In this document: positions 1-11,909 of the stretch, one piece after another
Numbering within the stretch: position 1 is the stretch's first letter
Layout of the letters: each line of letters opens with the position of its first letter
DNA from: Mustelus asterias
Lineage: Eukaryota
Length of the DNA stretch: 64,000 nucleotides
Direction of reading: 5' to 3'
Assembly: GCF_964213995.1 (NCBI RefSeq)
Contig: NC_135806.1
Location: 21,390,001-21,454,000, forward strand
Position numbers and translations under genes: made by a program
The notes under the pieces: generated by a model
What the model saw: only the letters and a program-made list of their open reading frames with translations
Databases searched by the model: none
What the model was told of the DNA's origin: nothing

Positions 1-2780
1 GTATTATAGACCACCCAATAGTCAGCGAGAATTGGAGGAGCAAATCTGCAAAGATAGCAGACAACTGCAGGAAACATAAAGTTGTGATAGTAGGGGATTT
101 TAATTTTCCACATATAGATTGGGACTCCCATACTGTTAAAGGTCTAGACGGGTTACAGCTTGTAAAATGTGTTCAGGAAAATTTTCTAAATCAATATATA
201 GAGATACCAACTAGAGAGGATGTAATATTAGATCTCCTATTAGGAAACGAGTTAGGACAAGTGACGGAAGTGTGTGATGGGGAACACTTTGGTTCCAGTG
301 ATCATAACGCCATTAGTTTCAACTTGATCATGGATAAAGATAGATCTGGTCCTCGGGTTGAGGTTCTAAACTGGAAAAAGGCCCAATTTGAAGAAATGAG
401 AAAGGATCTAAAAAGCGTGGATTGGGACAGGCTGTTCTCTGGCAAGGATGTGATTGGTAAGTGGGAGGCCTTCAAAGGAGAAATTTTGAGAGTGCAGAGT
501 TTGTATGTTCCTGTCAGGGTTAAAGGCAAAGTGAATAAGAATAAGGAACCTTGGTTCTTGAGGGATATTGGAACTCTGATAAAGAACAGAGAGATGTATG
601 ACATGTATAGGCAACAGGGAGCAAATAAGATACTTGAGGAGGATAAAAAGTGCAAGAAACTACTTAAGAAAGAAATCAGGAGGGCTAAAAGGAGACATGA
701 GGTTGCATTGGCAGACAAGGTGAAGGATAATCCTAAGAGCTTCTACAGGAATATTAAGAGCAAAAGGATAGTAAGGGATAAAATTGGTCCTCTTGAAGAT
801 CAGAGCGGTCGGCTATGTATGGAACCAAAAGAAATGGGGGAGATATTAAATGGGTTTTTTGCATCCGTATTTACTAAGGAAACTGGCATGGAGTCTATGG
901 AAATAAGGCAAACAAGTAGGGAGGTCATGGAACCTATACAGATTAAAGGGGAGGAGGTGCTTGCTGTCTTGAGGCAAATCAGAGTAGATAAATCCCCAGG
1001 ACCAGACAGGGTATTCTCTCGGACCTTGAATGAGACTAGTGTTGAAATTGCACGGGCTCTGGCAGATATATTTAAAATGTCGGTATCCACGGGTGAGGTG
1101 CCGGATGATTGGAGGATAGCTCCGTTGTTTAAAAAATGCTCAAAAAGTAATGCGGGAAATTATAGGCCGGTAAGTTTGACGTCAGTAGTAGGTAAATTAT
1201 TGGAAGGTGTACTAAGAGATAGGATCTACAAATATTTGGATAGACAGGGGAGAGTCAACTAGGGAGAGTCAACATGGCTTTGTGCATGGTAGGTCAAGTT
1301 TAACCAATCTATTAGAGTTTTTCAAGGAGGTTACCAGGAAAGTGGATGAAGAGAAGGCAGTGGATGTTGTCTACATGGACTTCAGTAAGGCCTTTGACAA
1401 GGTCCCGCATGGGAGGCTAGTTAGATCATAGATACCCTACAGTACAGAAAGAGGCCATTTGGCCCATCGAGCCTGCACCGACCACAATCCCACCCAGGCC
1501 CTACCCCCACATCCCAACATATTTGCCCACTAATCCCTCTAACCAACACATCTCAGGACACTAAGGGGCAATTTTAGCATGGCCAATCGTCCTAACCCGC
1601 ACATCTTTGGACTGTGGGAGGAAACCAGAGCACCCGGAGGAAACCCAGTTAGGAAGGTTCAGTCGCTAGGTATACATGGAGAGGTAGTAAATTGGATTAG
1701 ACATTGGCTCAATGGAAGAAGCCAGAGAATGGTAGTGGAGGGTTGCTTCTCTGAGTGGAGGCCTGTGACTAGTGGTGTGCCACAGGGATCAGTGCTAGGT
1801 CCATTGTTGTTTGTCATCTATATCAATGATCTGGATGATAATGTGGTAAATTGGATCATCAAATTTGCTGATGATACAAAGATTGGAGTTGTAGTGGACA
1901 GCGAGGAAGGTTTTCAAAGCTTGTAGGGGGATTTGGACCAGCTAGAAAAATGGGCTGAAAAATGGCAGATGGAGTTTAATGCAGACAAGTGTGAAGTATT
2001 GCACTTTGGAAGGACAAACCAAGGTAGAACATACAAGGTAAATGGTAGGACACTGAAGAGTGCAGTACAACAGAGGGATCTGGGAATACAGATACATAAT
2101 TCCCTAAAAGTGGCGTCACAGGTAGATAGGGTCGTAAAGAGTGCTTTTGGTACATTGGCCTTTATAAATCAAAGTATTGAGTATAAGAGTTGGAATGTTA
2201 TGGTGAGGTTGTATAAGACATTGGTGAGGCCGAATTTAGAGTATTGTGTGCAGTTTTGGTCACCTAATTACAGGAAGGATATTCATAAGGTTGAAAGAGT
2301 TCAGAGAAGGTTTACAAGGATGTTGCCAGGACTTGAGAAACTGAGTTACGGAGAAAGGTTGAATAGGTTAGGACTTTATTCCCTGGAGCGTAGAAGAATG
2401 AGGGGAGATTTGATAGAGGTGTGTAAAATTATGATGGGTATAGATAGAGTGAATGCAAGCAGGTTTTTTCCACTGAGGCTAGGGGAGAAAAAAACTAGAG
2501 GACATGGGTTAAGGGTGAAGGGGGAAAAGTTTAAAGGGAATATTAGGGGGGGGCTTCTTCACACAGAGAGTGGTGGGAGTGTGGAATGAGCTGTCAGATG
2601 AAGTGGTGAATGCGGGCTCACTTTTAACATTTAAGAAAAACTTGGACAGGTACATGGATGAGAGGGGCGTGGAGGGATATGGTCCAGGTGCAGGTAAGTG
2701 GGACTAGGCAGAAAAATGGTTCGGCACAGCCAAGAAGGGCCAAAAGGCCTGTTTCTGTGCTGTAATGTTCTATGGTTCTA
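1..2780 (+). mobile_element. CR1 (HER1-like) LINE ORF2: end of APE endonuclease, reverse transcriptase and 3' UTR; disrupted
   Basis: ORFs 84-1262, 1579-1926 and 1933-2589 contain GDFNFP, SDHNAI, NYRPVSLTSVVGKLLE, GVPQGSVLGPLLF, KFADDTK and RPNLEYCVQFWSP. Ends in a ttctatg tail. Frameshifts and a SINE insertion are present. Confidence 0.95.
1425..1646 (-). mobile_element. 5'-truncated HE1-type V-SINE inserted in the CR1 RT
   Basis: V-domain and CR1-derived tail. Flanked by the direct repeat agttag (1419-1424 and 1647-1652). Confidence 0.9.
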
Positions 2781-2888
2781 AAGTCGGGTGGGCTGAGGTC
2801 GTAAGATCACAGCTTATGTGCGTTTACTTCTTTCGTGACTGAAAAATGGTAGGAACTTCAGGGAAATATACATGAGAAGTACACTCAC

Positions 2889-3056
2889 CTGTACTGTGAT
2901 AGACAGCAAGGTGTTTCCCACCAAAAGTAGTGCACTAAAACTAGTAACTACACCCGTGTTGGTCAGTAATTTCTGTTGGACAGCACTACATTGGTTCAGT
3001 GATAATAATGAGATCAAGAATCTGTGAAGGAGGACTGCAAATAACCTGATGACTGT
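2889..3056 (-). other. Candidate 168-nt spliced exon; product unknown
   Basis: Minus strand shows ttccttttcctgttttggtacAG| ... CAG|GTGAGT. The phase-0 frame is open (TVIRLFAVLL...LSITVQ). No recognisable homology. Confidence 0.3.
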
Positions 3057-3489
3057 CTGTACCAAAACAGGAAAAGGAAACCATACAATATAATTCCTAT
3101 TCTTGTTGAAGTTACGTATTGAACACCGTAATGGATCAACTTAAATAAATCAGGTAAACATATGTATATGTTATGATATGATATAAATGTACCTTTAAGG
3201 ATGCAATCTTAAACTACTATCAATCACGACTACCGAGACCGGATGTGACATAACAACCCCATTAACCTGCACTCAGAATCCAACAGCAGATGTAGAACTC
3301 AGTCATGTATACATAACTTCCTCGTCAACACTGTATCTATATGGTCTTACCTTTAAATAAGGAACCACATTATTGTTTTAGCAATCATTATTTTATGATT
3401 AGTAAGTTTAAATTGAATGTAAGAATATAACAATACTTTGCATTTATATTACACACACACAATATTATGCTGATGTGTTACAGTTTACT

Positions 3490-3778
3490 CGGAGTCAGAG
3501 TTGCTGTGGCAACATGCTCTTTGACATGCATGCCATATTGTCTAGACTGTGGATAGTGATGGGAGAGGCTCCAACTTTTCTTCTATCACATGGCTGAGGA
3601 ATCTCTCTAACCTTTACTGCCAGCCAACGGCATCTATTGGAAAGATTTGTAGGTTGATAATCAATTTCTTTGGTCGCATAATAAACACACCAACCTTGCC
3701 TGTCCAGTCCTGGGATGGAACTGGAACCCAGACCTTCTGGTTCAGAGACAGGTATGCCCACTGTACCATAAGACCTCC
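3490..3778 (-). mobile_element. Old tRNA-derived SINE
   Basis: The reverse complement begins ggaggtcttatggtacagtggg...ctgggttccagttcc, with A-box and B-box-like motifs. Confidence 0.55.
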
Positions 3779-3989
3779 CATACGGTATATATAATTGATT
3801 GGTATGCTCTCGGCCCAAATAGAAAGTAGGTATTGCTGGATCCGGTGCTGGGAAAGGTGGTGTACCAAGTGACCAAGTGTGAGCGGGGGAGCAATTGGGT
3901 AGGAGTGATCATATCATAAGCTCATAATACAGAAGAACAAGGACCAATCCAAATTAGTACAAAAACAAAATACTGTGGATGATAGAAAT

Positions 3990-5990
3990 CAGAATTTAAG
4001 AATTAGATTAAAGATTCTTAAGGTACAAAGTACATTTCAACTCAAATAAAAGGTAAGGAAGCCAAAGGCCTAGCTTCTTGGATGAGGAGGGCAATAGGGA
4101 ATATGACGAAGGTGAATTTTTCATGCAATAACCAAGTTGAATATAACATGTTGAGAGAGGAAGTGACGGAGTCAAACAAGGCTGGCAAAGAGAGAATATG
4201 ATAATAGAATGGCAGGTGACATAAATGGAACCAAAAAATCTTCCACCAATATCTAAATACTAAGCAAGCAGTAAGAAATGGAAGGGTCCTATTAGGGACA
4301 AAGGAGATGATATACGTTTAGAAGCAGAGAGAAAAGGTGGAATATTTAATGAACGACGCAATGTGTATTGATATTTATTATGGAAGAGGAAGCTGACAAA
4401 TATGTGGAGATGTTAGGTGTAAAGGATGGTGTGAAAATTCAGCAGCAAGAAGTACTCATAAGTGCTTAAAGTAGGCAAGTTGTTTGATCGGATGGCTTGC
4501 ATCAATGTTGCTAAAGAAAGTGGAGATGGAGAGAAGGGAAAGGCTTACCATAATTTTTCAATCTTTCCTGGATTTTGGGAAGTGCCAGTCCAAAGATGTG
4601 CGGGTTAGGTTGATTGGCCAGGTTAAAAATTGTCCCTTAGAGTCCTGAGATGTGTAGGTTAGAGGGATTAGTGGGTAAATATGTGGGGGTAGGGCCTGGG
4701 TGGGATTGTGGTCGGTGCAGACTCGATGGGCCGAATGGCCTCCTTCTGCACTGTAGGGTTTCTATGATTCTAACTAGAGGAGCAAATGTGAGATTAATTC
4801 AAGAAAGGGCACTAACTACAGGACAGTCAGTAATATCAGTGGTGGGTAATATTTTGAAATCTTTAAATAGGGAAAAATTATCAAAAGGTACTTGGGTGGT
4901 TTTGAGTTAATGAAGGAGACCCAGTGTGGCTTTGAAAAAGGCAGATCATACTTGACGAATCCAATTGAATGTTTTGATGGAGTAACTGAGAGGTTGATGA
5001 AGGGAAGGTGTTGTCTGTATGGGTATTACAAAAACATTTGATAACATACCAAACAAAACTGGCCCATGGAATAGGAGAATCAGTGTCAGCTCGGATGTTA
5101 AAAAAAACAGAGAACAGTGCATCATGGTAAATGGTTATTTTTCAGATTGGAGGATAGGCAGTGGGGTTACCCAAGGTTCAGTGCTCGGTCCAATGCTTTT
5201 TGATAAATATAAATGACAAATGATGGTCACAATTTTCCCAAATTGGATCGAAGTGCCCATGCTGTCAGGAAAACAGGAACGTTTCCCACTGACGCTGGCA
5301 GCATCTGTCAGGTGGGATTCATCCACTGAAAGATGTTAATAAGCTACTTTCGAGCAACCCGCCAGCTAGCCCCGCTGTTCAGAGACCAGGCCGCCATTTT
5401 TAAAGGGCACCCTCCCCAATCTTTGCGCTCAGAGACAGGCACCCCTCCCCCCCCCGCCCCCCCCCAACCCCCACCAAAACTGAAATAGTGTGCCCCTCCC
5501 CACTGTCCAGGGGAGCGCATGGCAACCCCTCACCAATGAGGGGCATTCACCCCTCCACATCACGTACGCATGAGGGTGATCTGAACTGACTCCCTCTCAG
5601 ACCCCACCACTCAGGCCCCAGGCTCCTCCAGATCCCCTCACTCAGCACCCCCAACTTCCCTCCCAGACAGATGGTATGAGAGGACAAAACGGTACAAGAA
5701 ATACACAGACGGTGCTAGAGGACACATTTATGTAAGGGCAAGAGCTGCAAGGAGAATGAGAGGGAGAAATATTTTACCCACTGAGTGGTAATGGCCTGGA
5801 ACTCCATTCTCACAAGGGTGGTGGAAGCAGAAACAATCAATGATTTCAAAAGGAAATTGGATAGGTGCTCAAGGTAAATGGACTTGCAGGAGTAACAGTA
5901 GAACAGGAGAATGGGATTGACTGGGTTGTGATAATGAGAGCCAGTGTGAACCTGATGGGCCAAATGGCCTCTTTTTATGTCTTAAATCTA
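3990..5990 (+). mobile_element. Degraded CR1 LINE carrying an HE1 3' half (~4587-4772) and a MITE fragment (~5224-5670)
   Basis: SGVTQGSVLGPMLF near 5160 and a CR1 3' UTR (gatgggccaaatggcct) near 5960. Confidence 0.8.
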
Positions 5991-6017
5991 TCTTTCTCAT
6001 ATATCAGTTTTTTTAAT

Positions 6018-6283
6018 GTTTATTTATTAGTGTCACAAGTAGGTTTACATTAACACTGCAATGAAGTTACGGTGAAAATCCCTTAGTCGCCACACTCCGG
6101 CGCCTGTTCGGGTACACTGAGGGAGATGCGCCTAACCAGCACGTCTTTCGGACTGTGGGAGGAAACCGGAGCACCTGGAGGAAACCCACGCAGACACGGT
6201 GAGAGCATGCAGACTCCGTACAGACAATGACTGAAGCCAGGAATCGAACCCGGGTCCCTGGCGCTGTGAGGCAGCAGTGCTAA
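6018..6283 (-). mobile_element. V-SINE with a non-CR1 3' tail
   Basis: tRNA head and V-domain, then a tail ...gattttcaccgtaacttcattgcagtgttaatgtaaacctacttgtgacactaataaa. The same type occurs at ~19250-19466, 24024-24295, 39820-40093 and 62090-62350. Confidence 0.85.
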
Positions 6284-6619
6284 GTATTGGAGGTTGTGGG
6301 TGATGAACCTGATATATGTCACAATCGGTCAGATAAATGTTTCCACCAGTGATTTGGGCTGTAACCCAGTTGTGACATTGTTACTCTCTGGTTATCAGGT
6401 CAGATGTATTTGTGGAGATTCTTAACCAATTACAACTTCTGTTTAAAAGCTTTATGAAGTATGAATAGAAACCAGTAATCTAATCTGGGATTTCAGATGG
6501 TATCAAAAATAAATGAAGCTTGAGTGGCACTTACAACTACCTATATTTCTAATAGGCACATCATCCAGCGAATTGTGAACACAAAATTCCCTTGATAGCT
6601 CATGTCAACTCCACTCTGA

Positions 6620-6890
6620 CTGGATTTGGTAGCACTCTCGCCTGAATCAGACAGTTGCATGCTCAAAACACACATCAAGAGTTGAGCACACACTCCAGTC
6701 TGATATTTTAGTCAACGCTGAAGAAGAGCAGAAGTGTCAGAGGTGCAATGTTTTGGATGAGATGCAGAAATATGCTATGTCTTCTTCTTCTGGTAATTCA
6801 GAATGTCACAAAGTCCTGTGGCACTACTGGAAGAAGAGCAGCAAGTTCCTGTGGTGTCCTGAGCAAAATTTCTGCTTCAACCAAAGTAGT
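6620..6890 (+). mobile_element. SacSINE1-like DeuSINE (ancient)
   Basis: tgtcagaggtgc...ggatgaga and ggcactact-gaagaagagcag...ggtgtcctg match the Deu-domain pattern. Related copies lie at ~17600-18080 (-) and ~28000-28375 (-). Confidence 0.7.
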
Positions 6891-7487
6891 CTTGGATCAA
6901 TTGCAATTTCCTTCAGTTAAACATTGGAAAGATCAAAACAATCGCCATTCGCCCCATGATTAGCGATGTACCTTTCTCAATCAATCACTCACCTCATCCC
7001 AACACCTCCACTACTGCAATAAAAACAGAAAGTGCTGGAAATACTCAACACATCTGACAACACCTGTGAAGCAAGGTGAATGCTCCAAGTCAAATATGGC
7101 TCTGCTTCAGAACCCCCACCATTGCCTCATTCTGAACAAGGCTGTTCACAATCTCAGCAGACTATTTGAGCTTTCATCTCTATAGCATTGGGTGCCACCA
7201 CTCCTACCCCTCAAAGCATCTTCCAATAATATCCAGACACAGCTACATTGCTCTCTTTGGGGGTGCCCCATTCTCCAAACTCTATAAATGTCAGCTCACA
7301 TAAAACTTTGCTGTCAATTTGCTATATTGTCGTTCATTCTGCATCTTTATCATCCCTGTGGTTATAGCTTAATAATTGCATCTGGTCCTCCATCATCACA
7401 AACTGAAAATTCCCATGGTTTTAAAAACTCTTCATGGTTTATTTCCTCTTATATTTCGAACCCATTCTTATCCCACAGTTCATTAAT

Positions 7488-8458
7488 CGGGGCGATTCTC
7501 CCATTTTACTGGTGCTCTTTTAGCGCAATGGGCCGGGAGACTCTAATGGTGGCTGATTCACGCTGGGCATCCGGGCCTCCATCAGTCTCCCAGTGCCGGA
7601 TTTCCCGCACTGTATGCTCTGCACCAGATATCGGCGCGGAGCTGTCTACTATATGCAGCAGGTAATTTAAATCTAATGTAAATCCTATTAGCGGGCCCGA
7701 GACTGGAATCTCCAGGCCCACTAACCTCTCCCCCCGCTCTGCCCTGCCAGGGGTGGTTCACTTCAGTGGGGTTTACTGTAACTCCCCACTTGCAGGGAGT
7801 TAGCGGCTCCACACTGCTGGATTGAAGGGGGGCCATCGAGGCCCACCAGAGGGTTGGGCACCAGGAGGGTGTCCCCTGGGCATTCCCACTTTAGCAGTGC
7901 CTGCCTGGGCCCACTGGCACTGCCCAGGGGTCACATAGCCAATGCCAAGGGGGCATCTTGGCACTGTCCACCGGGCATGGGGCAGTGTCAAGGGGGTGGA
8001 GCCTGATGGGAGGGGCCGGGGCCATCGGTGCAGGTGGGGGCTCCCATTGCCACTCTGTACTCAGGATCGGCGGGGGAGGGATGAGGGCCAGCCTACTGGA
8101 GGAGTTGCGGCTGCGGGGGGAGTGGTGAAGACTGTCAGTGGTGGGGGAGGGTGGGGTGGTGGGAGATTGAGGTGGGTCGGGGAGGGGGGAGGTGGCGACG
8201 GTCGGGGCTAGGCCCAGACATGTTCAGGGAGCCAGCGATCAGGCCATGGGGGGGGGGGTCACATGGCTGGCCAGCAATCAAGCTCGCTCAGCGCTATGCT
8301 GCCAGCCTCTCTAGCAGGTATAGGCCCCACTCCCTGGTTTCAAGAGTGAATCACAGAGTGTGGGAGATTCATTTTGAAACTTCTGAAAAAACAGCGGGAT
8401 TTACTCCAGTTTTCATGGAAATCCGGCACTTAGAATTTTTTGGGGGAGAATTCCACCC
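7488..8458. mobile_element. GC-rich PIF/Harbinger-type non-autonomous DNA transposon (MITE)
   Basis: Terminal inverted repeats ggggcgattctccc and gggagaattccaccc. Internal ggcactgcc/ggcagtgcc motifs are shared with the copies at 15428-16002, ~32870-33545 and 44772-45754. Confidence 0.75.
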
Positions 8459-8534
8459 AAAAGCTCTATTTTCATCCCAACCTTCCCCTCTCCTCACCCA
8501 GTTTTGTCAGCTTCCTGCATGGCACTCTGACATT

Positions 8535-8885
8535 TTTTTTATTCATTGGTAGAATGTGAGCATCGCTGGCTGACCAACATTTATTGCCCATCCCTCGCTG
8601 CCCTTGGAGTGCAGTTAAAGGTCAAACATTGCTGTGGTCCTGGAGTCACATGTAGAGCAGGCCAGATAAGGATAGCAGATTTCCTTCCCTAAAGTACATT
8701 AGTGAACCAGATGGGTTTTTCCTACAATGGTTTTGTGGTCATCAGCAGATTGTTAATTCCAGACATTTTTTATTGAATTCAAATTCCACCACCTGCTGTG
8801 GTGGGATTCGAACACAGGTACCCAGAACGTTAGCTGAATTTCTGGCTTAATAGTCTCGCAATAATACACTCGGTCATCCCCTCCC
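8535..8885 (-). mobile_element. tRNA-derived SINE with an L2-group LINE tail
   Basis: B-box gttcgaatcc on the minus strand. The tail ccaacatttattgcccatccc is shared with the LINEs at ~37875 and ~58610. A second copy lies at ~27130-27490. Confidence 0.75.
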
Positions 8886-8964
8886 ATGGACTAAACATCT
8901 ATATGTTTTAATATTAAAGCATGTTGAGTCCAAAACAAACAGAGGCTAAGCTTCTTTTGCCCAG

Positions 8965-9360
8965 ACATAGAATATTAAGGAGAGAGCTGTTTGACGTCTT
9001 TTAAGATGACCGACGCATTTGAAAGGATAAATCGAGAGAAAAGAAAAAATCCTCTGGGAGATGAGTCCAGAACAAGGAGGCAAAACCTGAAAATTAGGGT
9101 TGAGCCATTAATGGGTAAAATTAGGAAGCATTTCTTCACACAAAGTGGAGTGGAAATCTCAAATTATGTTTGCTGAGAAAGCTCCGACAGCTAGATAGAT
9201 TGAACATTTTAAAAATGAAGTTGGTATGTTTTTGCTTGCCAAGGGTATCAAAGGTTGTCATACCAAGTCGACTTGATGGAATTAAGATATAGATCAACCA
9301 TGATCTAACTGAATTATGGAACAGGCTTAAGGCACTGAATGGACTATTGTGTTCCTATGA
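8965..9360 (+). mobile_element. CR1 3' end fragment
   Basis: RKHFFTQSGVEI followed by a CR1 3' UTR ending in gttcctatg. Confidence 0.8.
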
Positions 9361-9687
9361 AACACTAATTGATTCAACTGGGGAAGAGCAAACAGAAAAC
9401 TCCAATTTACAGAGTTTTGTGAGAACAAACCAATCAGAGTTTTGTAGAAGACGTTATCCTGGAGCAGAAACTACTTGGACCACAGAGAAATTGATTCGTT
9501 CTCACACTGAAATAGAAAACCCTTCAAAAATCTTGAGGGAGCACAGCTTCATCTCAGAGATGCGAGTGAAAGGTTTGAATGTTTTACAGTAACCTCAGGA
9601 TCAAATAATAGCTGTGAACCCAAATGCTCATTAAGCCAAGCAACCACCTCAGTCTGCATCTGGGTATTAGACCTTGGCTTGCAGATG

Positions 9688-10374
9688 ATCAACAACTAAT
9701 GAAGCAGAAAATAACTTCCTCCAACAAGTTCAGGGGTGATCATGGGGTGTTAAAGATATGGCATTTAGTTAACATATCCACAGACATATTTTCAGTGACA
9801 TCCCCATCCCTTCCTCATGTGGTATGTTCCAAAGTAAGTTCTGTGGAGAATTCAGTGGAGAACAGTCCAAAATTTGAAGCATTTATCGTCATTTGATCAC
9901 TGACCTTGCTACTGTTTGTGAGATCTTCCTGTGAACAAATGCTCTTTATAGGTTATTCACAGTGGCACAGTGGTTAGCATTGCTGCCTCACAGCGTCAGG
10001 GACCCAGGTTCGATTCCAACTGGGTCAGTGTCTGTGTGGTGTCTGTGCGGATCCGATAAGGGTCTATTTAAATCATAGGATCCCTACAGTGCCGAAGGAG
10101 GCTGTTTGGCCCATGGAGTCTGCATCAACTCAGCATACCCAGATCTTACCCAGGCCCTATCCCCATAACCCCACATATTTACCCTGCTAATTCCCCCTAA
10201 CCTACACATCTTGGGACACTAAGGGGCAATTTAGATGGCCAATCAACAGCTAATGAAGCAGAAAATACCTCCCCCCAACAAGTTCGGGAGTGATCAGGGG
10301 GTGTTTAAAGATGTGGTATTTAGTTAACATATGCACAGGCACATTTTCAGTGACTTCCCCCTCCCTTCCTCATG
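9688..10374 (+). repeat. Diverged ~132-bp direct repeat (9688-9819 and 10242-10374)
   Basis: atcaacarctaatgaagcagaaaata...cccttcctcatg occurs twice. The second copy sits inside an HE1 SINE. Confidence 0.9.
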
Positions 10375-10505
10375 AGGCACCCAAAGGAAACCCATACTGA
10401 CACGGAGAAAACATGCAAACTCGACACATACCGTCACCTAAGGCCGGAATTGAACCCGGGTCCCTGGTGCTGTGAGGCAGTAGTGCTGACCATTGTGCCA
10501 CCGTA
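10072..10505 (-). mobile_element. HE1 V-SINE carrying a foreign insert
   Basis: Tail, V-domain and tRNA head are recognisable. A SINE head on the + strand lies at ~9957-10050. Confidence 0.85.
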
Positions 10506-11053
10506 CCGTTCTTTGGAAAATGGTCCTTCCTTCTCCTGATTCATTCATCATTGATTAATTGCCGTAATGAAGTTATTAATTATGTGATGCAATGCTGCTC
10601 ATTACGCAAAATAAATTTGTTTCTGTATGTATATAAATTATAGAACAATTCACTTCAGAAAATAGCTGGATTAACATTGCTGTTCTTATACTTACAAAGC
10701 ATTTGGAGATATCTGCATAATTCTGCAACAAGAGTTTAGCTTGTCATCCGAATTGTAAACTGGCTGACAAATGTTAACATTCCCACTTTACATAAAATTG
10801 TCATCGAAATGAAAATTAGCCATATTTGACAGGTAATAAAGTCCCTTTCAATTTTTTTTTAAACCAGGGAATCATATTTGATGTCCTGTCAGTTTGGAAT
10901 AAATATCTTTTGCCTCTTTTTGATGTGTTTCACTGTTGTACAATAAAACGAAGGAATGGAATGCTGAATCAATATCAGCATATTTGCATGTACAAAATTT
11001 TTTTGCTCAACTCTCACGAGATCTCCTGCAACATTACACAAAGTTTTGGTTAC

Positions 11054-11909
11054 TGTTGCCTTCAGGTGCAGAGTCATTTTAGTTAGTTTGCTTTCAGACT
11101 CACCGGAAACTTAAGTACTAATATAATTGGTTTTTCAAACTCATCGCATTTGTGTACTGTGCCTTTAAGAAAAGTATTTTAATCGTGTTTCACTGCAGGG
11201 TATTTCAAGCAGGCATTTTATTGGTGCTGTGTTTTCTGTAACCGGTGTCCTTTATTGTTGCTGAGGCAGTGTAATTGATATCATATTGATTTTAATCTGG
11301 ACTAATGCAGTGTTCTTTGGTTTTAATGTGTCCCCTGGGATAGCTGAGTGGAGCCAGATTGGGGTTGATTGACAGTTTATCTCTCGGGTCAACTATGCTT
11401 CACAGAAAAGTCCAGTTTTAGTTTAATTTTGGTTGCTGCCAAAAGCTGGTGGAAGAAGGCAGTGTCCCTCTGTCTCTCTCGCTCTTCAGAGGTTTTTTGA
11501 AAGTTCCAAGACTGGAGAGTCTTGGAGATTTGATCAAACATTCGGAGGACCAATTCCATGGGTGTTGCGAATCTGAAGATCCAGCATCATGTGAGCATAC
11601 TTGCTTTTTGTGCTATGTTTGAAGACGGGTGTAGGCCTGTGGGATGGTTTTTAATTTGGAACAACAGAGATAGGTGTTAGGTGTTATACTGTGTCATGTT
11701 CAAGTCTTGTAATTAGTATAAATTATGCTAATTCATTTTTTAACTGTGTTCTTAAATAAACTTTGATTGATAAAAGCTTTCAAGTGGGTCATTTGAATCA
11801 TACCAATGGTGAAACACCTTCTGCTCACCCATGCCAAAATCAAACATAAAACTTAGGGTCTATGCTAACTTCACTAAACACCTTGGAGTTTCTGGCCTGG
11901 GTCTTAACA
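11054..11909 (+). mobile_element. Probable solo LTR (Gypsy-like)
   Basis: Begins tgttg and ends ctggcctgggtcttaaca, with AATAAA near 11757. No clear TSD. Confidence 0.45.

Noticed and set aside
6083-6322. Recurrent short ORFs such as 'HCLCGVCTFSPCLRGFPPGAPVSSHSPK'
   Set aside because: Translations of the V-SINE body, not a gene family.
7800-8552. Gly/Pro-rich ORFs in GC-rich blocks (also near 15400, 33100 and 45050)
   Set aside because: They lie within non-coding MITEs; high GC content suppresses stop codons.
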